Origin: Fusicatenibacter sp. | GTDB lineage: Bacteria > Bacillota > Clostridia > Lachnospirales > Lachnospiraceae | NCBI GenBank assembly: GCA_017887445.1 | Contig: JAGHIA010000009.1 | Coordinates: 1,615 to 65,614 of the forward strand | Length of the DNA stretch: 64,000 nucleotides | Direction of reading: 5' to 3' | Shown here: positions 51,833-61,060 of the stretch, piece by piece | Numbering within the stretch: the first letter of the stretch is position 1 | Layout of the letters: every line of letters starts with the position of its first letter | Translations under genes and position numbers: made by a program | The notes under the pieces: generated by a model | Seen by the model: the letters and a program-made list of their open reading frames with translations, nothing else | What the model was told of the DNA's origin: nothing | Database searches by the model: none

Positions 51833-54549
51833 GCTTTACGAGAATCTCGTTCCATCCCGGCGCTACCCGGATCTCCAGCGTTCCTCCCACATGCTCCTGG
51901 AAGCGGTCCGGCTCCTTGTTGACCGTCACCGTCCAGTCCGCTGCCCTGTCCATGGACACCAGCAGCACGCTCTCATGCCCGCTGTCGTTTCTGCACAGGA
52001 TCTCCGCCCGTTGGCACCCGGCCTTTTCCCGAACGCCTTCCATGGTTACCTTCTCCAGCCACAGATCAAAGCCGCCGGTCACCGTTCCCGGCGCATAATA
52101 GGACTGATAGAACACGCACACCGGCGCCGACAGTCCGCCGAACTGATGGAACCATCCGCCCCGGCCTGTGCGGATCTGCAGCATTTCAAACGTGTTGTAG
52201 CTGAAATCCGTCTCGCTGCTCCACGCCTCCAGCGCCCTGTTCGCCACGGCGAAGGCAAACTCACTCTCCCCCAGATCCAGCAGGGTCTTCCACATAAAAT
52301 ACTGGTAGGGGAACCAGACGCTTCCGTTCCAGTAACCATTGTCGTAATAATACGGAGCGCTCATATCCACGTTGGTGATCCCCACCGGAGACCACAGCTC
52401 ACGCTCCGATTTCAGATGCGCCAGCAGCCTTTCGGTCTGCTCTGCCGTACAGATCCCCGCCATCAGCGGAGTCACGCCGTCCACGCCGCGGTTATAGTTG
52501 CCGCCTGTTTCGTCCCGGAAAATCCCCGTGGGCGTTCCTTCCTGGTCGTGGACCACATAGCCGAAATATCCGCTCTCCTCATCCCAGGAATACTGCTGGA
52601 GCGCCTGGCCGGTACGGCGGATATCCTCCTCATACCCGGCCACATCCTGGGGATGGCCGAACGCCAGCGCCGCCTGCTTCATAAAGCGGGCAATGCGGAT
52701 CAGGTTCACGCTGCTGCACACAGGCGCCACCGACTGTTCCAGGCGCTGGCGGTGCATGGCCACCTGCGCCGGATAATCGTCCATGCCTCCGGCGTTGTAA
52801 AAGTAATCGTAAACGGTCAGCAGGCCGCTGCCCAGGCGGGCAGTGGTGGAGCCTTCCGCTTTTCCCGCAAAAAACCGGTAATACCGCCGGAACATGGGAT
52901 AACAGGCGGCAAGCGCTTCCCGCTCCTGGCCGCTGCTCTTCTGAATCAGCGCGTGCCACAGGTAAAACTGCGTCGGCACCATGGAACCGTGGAACAGAAA
53001 GGCAAAGTCCTCATTGTCCTCCTCCGACAGATAAAAATCCATAATATAAGAAGCCAATGACCTGGAATATTCCGCCAGGCCCAGGCCGATAAAACCGGAA
53101 TCCCAGGTATAGAGGCTGTCCCACCGCTTACCCGGCGTATAGTGGATCATCGGCTCGCCGTGTCTCCAGATGGGATAGACCACATTGGTGAGCAGCGCCG
53201 TTTTCAGCAGCCGCACCGACTGTTCAAAGGCCTTCCCCTCCTCCTTGCCATGGTTTCGCACCTTCTCCCGGCACTTCTGCCTGCGGGTTTTCAACGCCTC
53301 CAGGCCAAATGTTTCCGCCGTCTCCGTGCCCACACAGGCATACAGCTCCACGGATCCTCCCGGCGGAACGAACACCGCCTCCGCCGTCATAATATGATAA
53401 AAGCCGTCCTGGGTGTGACGTTCCGCAAAGGAACCGGAAAAGCTTCGTGTCAGATTGTCGTAGGTCGGGTCGGAATTGGACAGCCGGTTGGCCAGCGCAT
53501 CCTCCAGGCAGCCGGAATCCAGCTTCCTTTCCCTGAGGCGGTCGTGGTAAACCGTTAAGGTCACCGCCGGTTCCCCGCAGCTGTACTGATAGGTAACACG
53601 GTTTTCATCTCTTTTCATCTCCGGAACCACCGGGTAAGGCGTCCGGCATACCTGCAGCTCCTTCGCCTGCTCCCGCTCCAGGACACAGAGGAAATCCAGC
53701 ATGACGCCATTGTTCTCACAGCCGCAGGATTCCAGCTCCAGACAAAATTCCCCCGCCGGGACCGCGCCAAGAGACAGATAAGCCATCTCCGGCTCCTGGG
53801 TTTTTTCAAAGACAATCACCCCGTAAGGTGTCTGAAAACGAAGGTCATCCGTATTCGCCATGGTACGGTAACGGACGCACAGCACTGCATCTCGGTAAGA
53901 ATGGTTCAGGCTTTTCCGATAAGCAACCCGGTCGCCGGCATCCGCGCCGAAAAAGTCCAGCTTCAGATGGGACGCCATCTTACAGTACCAGGTTTCGCCA
54001 AGACCGCTGCCGCCGGTGAAAGCATCACACGGAACCTCACCCCGCCGCATGCCGTCCGGCATCAGGTGGGTCCACGGGCGCGGCCGGGCAAATTCCATGG
54101 TCTCGTATTCTAACGCGTCCCACCGGTCGCAGGACCGGGGTTCCCGCACATCCCAGGCGCCGCTTTGCGGGTACTCGATGGCGGAGAAGAAATTCAGCAG
54201 GCAGTTCTGTGCTTTCTCTGTATGGTTCACATAGGTGACGCAGATTCCCCAGGCGTCCTCCTCCAGGCGGAACAGCTCCGCGTCCGCATATAAGGAATCT
54301 TTCCAGATCAGTTCAAACCGGTAGTTGAAATACGTTCCGTCCGCATCCGCGTCCCACGGATGAAATCCCGACGGGACCGTAACGTTGGGCGCCGGGTGGG
54401 CGCTGTTGGCATATGTGGGATGCAGTACCAGGTCGTAACGGGCGCCAGGCGCCAGGCACCCGGCTTTCCCTCATAACCCGCGACAGTCCCATATACTTTT
54501 TGGAATACGGCCCCCAAAGAGGCAGCGATTGTTGATCTTCTTTTCTCAT
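51825..54549 (-). pseudogene. GH63/MGH1-like (alpha/alpha)6-barrel glycoside hydrolase, frameshifted by a 7-bp tandem duplication
   Basis: The 801-aa ORF (51825..54230) carries YTWDSGFIGLG, MDDYPAQ and GYWNGSVWFPYQYFMW. The true N-terminus (MRKEDQQSLPLWGPYSKKYMGLSRV..., ATG at 54549) is in another frame. Removing one copy of GCGCCAG (54442-54455) joins ...RVPGA to RYDLVLHPTYANS... in frame. Confidence 0.75.
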
Positions 54550-55009
54550 AGACTTCCTTTCTTCGGATGACTTTTTGCAGCCGTTTTGTGACACCATATG
54601 TTTCACAGCGCTTTTTAAAAACTTATTTTTGACAGTTACTTTTTCATTTTTTTGTTTTGCGCAGTAATCCGCAGCTTTTTTATAATCGCTGTCTGCGTTT
54701 TTGTTTCTTTGGCGCTGATGTCTATCGTCATCTTACCCAATCTGTTTTGTATGTTTTGCACACGTTTTCGAGACATTTATGTATAATATATCTCATCGAA
54801 TAGTTATATTATATATTTTTATCACATATTTTTCTTTCATTTTTATGCAGTTTGATTGTTACAAATAAGCTGTATATTTCATTTTTTTGTTAGTTTGCAA
54901 ATGCAAAATGCGATTTTCTGTTACTGGCAGTGCGTTTTTTTGTTATTTGCTGTTCGCTTTTTTGTCATTTCCCGAATCCTTCATTCCCGCGGGCAAAGTA
55001 TTTGGCCCT

Positions 55010-55083
55010 GGAGCGTATTTGAAAATTTATTCCTGCAATCCGCGCGCCCCACTTTTCGTGGAATTTGCCCCGGAATCAATCAG
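55010..55083. repeat. Family-A repeat arm
   Basis: GGAGCGTATTTGAAAATTTATTCCTGCAATCCGCGCGCCCCACTTTTCGTGGAATTTGCCCCGGAATCA. Confidence 0.8.
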
Positions 55084-55103
55084 CGCAACCAGGAAAATTC
55101 AAT

Positions 55104-55146
55104 AAAAAAGCAATTTTCAAACGTATGGATCCCGTTTGAAAATTGC
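55104..55146 (-). terminator. Terminator downstream of the histidine kinase, built from family-A termini
   Basis: A perfect 14-bp stem (GCAATTTTCAAACG pairs with CGTTTGAAAATTGC), followed on the minus strand by TTTTTTATT. Confidence 0.7.
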
Positions 55147-55163
55147 TCTCTGTTTTATTACTT

Positions 55164-56873
55164 TTAAAAATTCTCGCCGTCCTGCGGAATACGGAGTTCC
55201 ACAATCGCGCCGTAGTTCTCGTCCATATTCTGGATGGTCATGGTGGCGCGCCCTCCGTAAAGGAGCAGAAGCCGCCGCCGGATATTCTGAAGTCCCACAT
55301 GCTTTCTTCCGTTATAGATGATCGGAAGATCCTTCTCGATGGCCTCCAGGATTTCTCCGGAAAATCCTTTTCCCGTATCTGACACGCAGATGTACAGATA
55401 TCTTCCGTCCTCGTAAACCTCCGTGGTGATATAGAGGGAAATCTCCACCATACGGTCCAAAGTCACCGCATGGACGATGGCATTCTCCACCAGCGTCTGT
55501 AAAACAAGGGATGGAACGCGGCATTCCCCCACCTGGGCATCCTCGATCACTTCAAAGCGAAAGCCGTCCTCCCCGTAGCGCAGCTTCTGCAGCTCCACAT
55601 ATTTTTTCACATGCTCCAGCTCCTCCTGGATATTCCGTTCTTTTCCGGAATCCTGATAGTTGTACCGCATGTACTCGGAGAGCACTCTGGTAATGTAAGT
55701 GATCTTTTTCTCACCCTGAGCGTCTGCGATGCCATGGATCAGGCTCAGACAGTTCAGGAAGAAATGGGGACGGATCTGTTCCTGCATGTACTCCAGCTCT
55801 GCCTTCTGCTCGTTCAGCTCTTTCTCGTAAATGGCGATCTTCAAAGACTGGATCTTCCGGATCATCCCTCGGAACCGGTCGCTGACCGCCTCCAGCTCCA
55901 GAATGTTGTTTTCTCCGTTTTCGTTCAGCTGCTGCTCCTCCTCCATCTCAGTGATCCCCTGGACAAAGCTCTGCAGCGGCCGCATCAGGCTGCGGTAATA
56001 GCGGATCAGCTGTATGGCACAGATGACCATCAGGACCGTGATCAGCAGGATCAGGATCATCTGCATTTGCAGTACGTCCTCAAAAATCCCGCCGTCCTGC
56101 AGGATGCAGACCCCAAGTTTCCCCAGTGTTCCCAGCTGATACTCATATTCTTCGCCCTGCTCCTTTGCCGCGGCTGCGTCTGTATTTTCCGGAAAGACCA
56201 CTTTGCCGTCCTTCTGGCGCATATACGGATTGACCTGATACTTCTCCGTCATCTCCTGCAGCATGGAAAAAACCTCATTCAGCTGGATGACGCATCCCAT
56301 CATCTTCTGGTCCTTTGCGTACCAGCCGATAATGTAAACACTTTCGTCCGCCTCAAGAAAACTCCACTCTGTGGTAGGATTGCTCCGTTTCACCGCTTCT
56401 CTGGAAAACTCCCTGAGTTCGTTCATCAACCCGCTCACCTTGCTCTCCCGGAACACCACGCCGCTGTCTCCCACCAGCAGGTCCGGCTCCTGGGCGTAGA
56501 CGAAAAAGTTCTGCACCTCCTGATAGCGGATCTTCAGCAGCCGGTTTTCGTCCCGGATCTTCTCCAGCAGCTGATAATATTTCGCGTCCCTGGCCCCAAT
56601 CTCCCCGGGAAGCCTGGCGATCGCGTCGTTGTTCACAAGAATCTGGATCAATTCCGTGTTCATCTGCAGGATATCCTTGTTGATCTGTTCCACATAAAGC
56701 TCCGCCGTATCCTGCACATACTGGCTTGCCAGATTCCGCGTTTCCCGCAGTCCCACAAAAAGACAGACCAGAAGTCCGAACAGCGCGAGAAACACCGGCA
56801 GCAGGATTTTCGTCCCGATGGCCTGCAGTGTCTGCGCCTTCTGCTTTTTCCTTATTCCCATTTTCCATACCAT
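55164..56873 (-). CDS. YesM-type sensor histidine kinase (HAMP + His_kinase + HATPase)
   Basis: IRPHFFLNCLSLIHG marks the PF06580-type phospho-acceptor region. Also NAIVHA and DTGKGF. There are two TM helices around a sensor domain of about 260 aa. Start at 56873 (MVWKM), preceded by AGGAGG and 7 nt. Confidence 0.88.
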   Translation of the reverse strand: MVWKMGIRKKQKAQTLQAIGTKILLPVFLALFGLLVCLFVGLRETRNLASQYVQDTAELYVEQINKDILQMNTELIQILVNNDAIARLPGEIGARDAKYYQLLEKIRDENRLLKIRYQEVQNFFVYAQEPDLLVGDSGVVFRESKVSGLMNELREFSREAVKRSNPTTEWSFLEADESVYIIGWYAKDQKMMGCVIQLNEVFSMLQEMTEKYQVNPYMRQKDGKVVFPENTDAAAAKEQGEEYEYQLGTLGKLGVCILQDGGIFEDVLQMQMILILLITVLMVICAIQLIRYYRSLMRPLQSFVQGITEMEEEQQLNENGENNILELEAVSDRFRGMIRKIQSLKIAIYEKELNEQKAELEYMQEQIRPHFFLNCLSLIHGIADAQGEKKITYITRVLSEYMRYNYQDSGKERNIQEELEHVKKYVELQKLRYGEDGFRFEVIEDAQVGECRVPSLVLQTLVENAIVHAVTLDRMVEISLYITTEVYEDGRYLYICVSDTGKGFSGEILEAIEKDLPIIYNGRKHVGLQNIRRRLLLLYGGRATMTIQNMDENYGAIVELRIPQDGENF

Positions 56874-56947
56874 ACGTTTTCCTCCTGTCTGTCTCCTTGA
56901 TGTCATACGCCCGGTTCCAATACCAAAGACCTTACCTGCTGAAAACA

Positions 56948-57118
56948 GCCGCTGCAAAACGTAACCCTACGTTCTTACGTCCTGCAGCGGCTGGCTCATT
57001 GCATCCGTCCGACCATACGAAACTGGTACGGACTGTCACATTAAATTTTCCGGTAACCGTTCAGCGTTGCCGGACTATTACATTTTCGTAACTTCTCAGC
57101 CAGCTGAATCGATACACA
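56948..57118. repeat. Family-C/B composite repeat
   Basis: Contains the hairpin GCCGCTGCA...TGCAGCGGC, then ...CCATACGAAA...CCGGTAACCGTTCAGCG...CAGCCAGCTGAATCGATAC. Confidence 0.7.
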
Positions 57119-57127
57119 TTTTCTGTC

Positions 57128-58759
57128 TTATTTGCCCAGAGTCTCCTGGTATGCGGTGAACGCGTCTGTCTGCGCTTTCACAAGATCCTGCAGGCCCATG
57201 GCGTTCAGCTGCTCGATATAAGCATCCCACTCGTCCTCGATGCCGCCGTCAACTACCCAGTGGGCATACTGTGCTTCCACATACTGGTAAATATCCGTTC
57301 CCAGCATGGTCAGCTGGCTCTGCTCCTCGCTGGTGTACTGAACCATCGGGAATCCTACGTTGGTGTCTGTGGTCACATACTGTCCGTTTACCTCGTCCTC
57401 TTTCAGCTTGATGCCGTCGCCCTGGTTATCCGGAAGGGATACCTTCTCAGCGAAATCATCGGTCATGTACTTGGGTCCGAAGTCTTTCAGAGAATTGGAC
57501 CATGCGGAGGTATCCAGAGAACTGCCGTCTTCCGGATTGTTTACCGCGTAGGTTCCGTCGCCGTTGTCTGTCACGCAGCCGTCGGAAATGGAGCCGTAGG
57601 TGGTCTGCAACGTAACTACATTATCATAGAAATCGTCTGCCCATGCAAGCAGTTTTTCCGGATTTTCGCAATCTTTGCTGATCACCAGCTCACGGTCGGA
57701 GATATCCAGATAGTTGGACGCGTTCTCCACATAGCGGTTGCCGTCCGGTCCTTCCAACGCCTCCAGCAGTACGAACTGGTCCGCGTTTCCGCCGGCCTCC
57801 GCATCTGCGGTCCATGCGGTGATCAGACCAACCTGGGATCCGCCCTCTGCCTGTCTCTTGGAGGTAGCCATGGAGCTGTCCTGGGTAAAGTATTCCGGAT
57901 CAAGGATTCCTTTTTCCCACAGGCCGTGCATCCACTGCACCGCTTCTTTATAGTTTTCCTGTACAGGCATGAATACCGGATCGCCGTTGCTGTCCAGTCC
58001 CATATAGTTGTCCGCGCGGCTTACCATGGTTCCGAACGGGAGCAGGATATTTCTCAGGTCGCCGCTGAGAACGGTGGAGCCTGCGGAGTTGGTATAGCCG
58101 ATCTCATTGGTGGGATCGCCGTCGCCGTCCACGTCCTGGGTAGCAAAAGCTTCTAGAACACTCTCCAGCTCTTCATAGGTGGTCGGTACGGCAAGTCCCA
58201 GATTGTCCAGCCACTCTTTGTTGATATACAGAGAGTTTCCGCAGACCTGAGGGCGCAGGCCCAGCTTCTTGGGCAGACTGTAGATCTTTCCGTCACGGTC
58301 GGTACAAACCGCTTTCATTTCCGGATCGGACGCGAAGATACTTGTCAGGTTGGGCATGGTCTCCTCGGTGATCATATCCGTCAGGTCAAGGAACAGGGCC
58401 TTGTTCTGAGTCATATCGGAAGTATTCAGACAGATGGAGCCAAGGAACGCGTCCGGAAGGTCGCCGCCTGCCAGCAGCAGGGATTTCTGCTCGGACCAGT
58501 CGGAGTTGTAATAGATATCCCACTCAATTTTAATGCCGTGCTTCTCCTCCAGCTCCTTCATAATACCGCTTTCCAGGAAATCGGTAGGCCAGGAGTCTGT
58601 CCAGCGGACCGTCGCAATCTTATAGGTGGGCACCTCGTCTCCGCCGGAGGATGTGGCGGAAGAACCTTTTCCGTCTCCGCCGCAGCCTGCAAGAAGGCCG
58701 GCAGCCATTGCCGCTGTCAATGTCAGGCTCATTCCTTTTTTCAGATTTTTCTTTTTCAT
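57128..58759 (-). CDS. Extracellular sugar-binding lipoprotein (paralog 2)
   Basis: 543 aa, lipobox LAGCGG. It is directly downstream of the two permease genes. Confidence 0.9.
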   Translation of the reverse strand: MKKKNLKKGMSLTLTAAMAAGLLAGCGGDGKGSSATSSGGDEVPTYKIATVRWTDSWPTDFLESGIMKELEEKHGIKIEWDIYYNSDWSEQKSLLLAGGDLPDAFLGSICLNTSDMTQNKALFLDLTDMITEETMPNLTSIFASDPEMKAVCTDRDGKIYSLPKKLGLRPQVCGNSLYINKEWLDNLGLAVPTTYEELESVLEAFATQDVDGDGDPTNEIGYTNSAGSTVLSGDLRNILLPFGTMVSRADNYMGLDSNGDPVFMPVQENYKEAVQWMHGLWEKGILDPEYFTQDSSMATSKRQAEGGSQVGLITAWTADAEAGGNADQFVLLEALEGPDGNRYVENASNYLDISDRELVISKDCENPEKLLAWADDFYDNVVTLQTTYGSISDGCVTDNGDGTYAVNNPEDGSSLDTSAWSNSLKDFGPKYMTDDFAEKVSLPDNQGDGIKLKEDEVNGQYVTTDTNVGFPMVQYTSEEQSQLTMLGTDIYQYVEAQYAHWVVDGGIEDEWDAYIEQLNAMGLQDLVKAQTDAFTAYQETLGK

Positions 58760-58815
58760 AATTTTTCTCCTTTCTTGTGAACCTTACCTTTGTTCACAGT
58801 TGAATCTCTTTTTTC

Positions 58816-59736
58816 TCAACCTTTCAGGGAACCAAGCATAACGCCCTGGTTGAAATATTTCTGCACCATCGGGTACATGCACATGATCGGCGCGGAGGAT
58901 ACCACGATCACCGCGTACTTGATCAGGTCTGCCAGCTGCTGCGCCTCTGTGGCCGCCGCGCCGGTCAGCATGGAGCTCATGGTCTGATTGCTGATCAGGA
59001 TATTTCTCAGCGCAATCTGCAGTGGCTGCAGATTTTCGTTTCTTATGTAGATCAATGCGTTGAAGTAACCGTTCCACTGGGCAACCGCCGCCCACAGAGC
59101 GATCACCGCGATTACCGCCTTGGACAGAGGAAGGACGATCCGGAAGAAAAATCCCAGATATCCGCAGCCGTCCAGTTGCGCCGCTTCCCACAGGTCATCG
59201 GGAATACTGTTGGCGAAAAATGTACGTCCGACAATGATGTAATAGGTAACTACCGAGAACGGTACAACCATTACCCAGAAGGTATCCATCAGTCCAAACT
59301 GCTGTACCGCCAGGAACGTAGGGATCAGACCTCCGGTGAAGAACATGGGAATCAGGTAAAACGCGGTAAACAATCCTCTTCCATACAGTCTCTTTCTTGA
59401 CAGCGCATAGGACGCGGGAATGTTGACCACCAGCGTCACGATGGTTCCGACGATCACATAGAAGATCGTATTTCTGTAGCCGATCCAGATGGACGGGTAA
59501 TTGACCAGCTGCTGGTAGGCCTTAAAGTTCAATCCTTTGGGCAGGAACATGATTTCTCCTGCGGAAACCAGGCCCGCGTCGCTGATGGACGCGATGACGA
59601 TAAAGTACATCGGATACAGAGTGATCAGGATCAGGATCGCGCAGATGGTATAGATGATCGCGTCGAAGATCCTGTCTTCTTTCGATTTTTTGATTTTTGA
59701 TTTTGCCGCTACGGCCTTTGTCTGACTCATATCCAA
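58816..59736 (-). CDS. Carbohydrate ABC transporter permease (MalG/LplC-like)
   Basis: 306 aa, EAA-loop region LWEAAQLDGCGYLGFFFRIVLPL. Confidence 0.9.
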   Translation of the reverse strand: MDMSQTKAVAAKSKIKKSKEDRIFDAIIYTICAILILITLYPMYFIVIASISDAGLVSAGEIMFLPKGLNFKAYQQLVNYPSIWIGYRNTIFYVIVGTIVTLVVNIPASYALSRKRLYGRGLFTAFYLIPMFFTGGLIPTFLAVQQFGLMDTFWVMVVPFSVVTYYIIVGRTFFANSIPDDLWEAAQLDGCGYLGFFFRIVLPLSKAVIAVIALWAAVAQWNGYFNALIYIRNENLQPLQIALRNILISNQTMSSMLTGAAATEAQQLADLIKYAVIVVSSAPIMCMYPMVQKYFNQGVMLGSLKG

Positions 59737-59745
59737 CCTCCCGCC

Positions 59746-60681
59746 TTAAATCAATGATGTGTCGCTGAGTTTCTTGGAAATCGCGTTTACCAGAAGCAGC
59801 AGCGCAAGGTTGATCACGTTGTTGAACAGACCGATCGCCGACGACAGGCTGTACTGGTTGCTGATCAGACCCATCTTGTAAACGTATGTGGAGATAATTT
59901 CACTGGTGCTGCTGTTCAGCGTGTTCTGCAGCAGGTAAACCTTCTCGAATCCGACGCTCATGACGCTTCCCATACGGAGAATCAGCATGATGGTTACCGT
60001 CGGCATCAGCGCCGGCACGTCGATGTGGAGCATCTTTTTCCATTTGCCCGCGCCGTCCATGGTCGCCGCCTCATACAGGCTCGGGTCAACGGAAGACAGC
60101 GTCGCTATGTAAAGGATACTGTCCCAGCCTACATGCTGCCAGGCCTCGGACCAAACATAAATGTGCGGGAACGCGGCCGCGCTTCCCATCAGGTTAGGAA
60201 GCTGGAATCCCAGCAGTCCCACAAGTTTGGAAATGATTCCGGTGCTGGGAGACAGGAACAGGATCAGCATACCACACATAACTACGGTCGAAATAAAGTG
60301 CGGAAGGTATGTGGACACCTGGAAAAACTTCTTGAACTTCTTCGAACGGATCTGATTGCACATCAGCGCAAGCACAACCGGAAGCGGGAAAGTAACCAGG
60401 ATCGTATAGAGGCTGACTACGATCGTATTCCGGATGGTCAGACCGAACTGATAAGAGTTAAAATACTGGAGGAAATTTTTCATTCCCACCCATTCGCTGC
60501 CAAAGATTCCCTCTGCCGGAGTAAAGTTCTTGAACGCGATGATGACTCCGTACATGGGATAGTAGGTGAACATGAGGAAAATAATAATGGACGGCAGCAT
60601 CAGCAGATACAGCGCCCGGCTTTCCTTCACACCGGCGGCAAAACTCTGTTTGTGTTTTGGAGTTGCACTTTTCTTTTTCAC
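59746..60681 (-). CDS. Carbohydrate ABC transporter permease (MalF/LplB-like)
   Basis: 311 aa, EAA-loop region LYEAATMDGAGKWKKMLHIDVP. Confidence 0.9.
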   Translation of the reverse strand: MKKKSATPKHKQSFAAGVKESRALYLLMLPSIIIFLMFTYYPMYGVIIAFKNFTPAEGIFGSEWVGMKNFLQYFNSYQFGLTIRNTIVVSLYTILVTFPLPVVLALMCNQIRSKKFKKFFQVSTYLPHFISTVVMCGMLILFLSPSTGIISKLVGLLGFQLPNLMGSAAAFPHIYVWSEAWQHVGWDSILYIATLSSVDPSLYEAATMDGAGKWKKMLHIDVPALMPTVTIMLILRMGSVMSVGFEKVYLLQNTLNSSTSEIISTYVYKMGLISNQYSLSSAIGLFNNVINLALLLLVNAISKKLSDTSLI

Positions 60682-60821
60682 ATATCATCCCTTCTTTCTT
60701 TTGATTTTCCGTTCCACTCCTCGTTCTTTTATGCACTCTGACTGCACTCCTGAACAATTTGTAGCTATATTATATATAATCCGCCGGATTTTCTCTTTCA
60801 TTTTCAGGTAATTCGCATAAC

Positions 60822-60856
60822 AAAAAAAAGACATCTTCACGATGTCTTCTTTTTTG
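60822..60856. terminator. Bidirectional-looking terminator between the response regulator and the permease operon
   Basis: AAAAAAAA-GACATC-ttcac-GATGTC-TTCTTTTTTG with an 8-bp perfect stem (AAGACATC pairs with GATGTCTT). Confidence 0.7.
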
Positions 60857-60919
60857 TATTCTTCGTTTTTTTGTTATTGACAGAACGGATTTTTTGCAAC
60901 CGTTCCGCCAGCTGAACCC

Positions 60920-61019
60920 GAAATCAGGCGGCTTAAGCGGACTACGCAGACTGATTTCAGGGCAAATTTTCCACAAAGTGGGGCGTGCAGATTACAGAAT
61001 GAATTTTCACTCACGCTCC
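60920..61019. repeat. Family-A repeat: centre plus right arm
   Basis: GAAATCAGGCGGCTTAAGCGGACTACGCAGACTGATTTCAGGGCAAATTTTCCACAAAGTGGGGCGTGCAGATTACAGAATGAATTTTCACTCAC. Confidence 0.8.
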
Positions 61020-61060
61020 AGGACGCCGTCGGCAGAATAATTATTCAGCTGGCTGAATCG

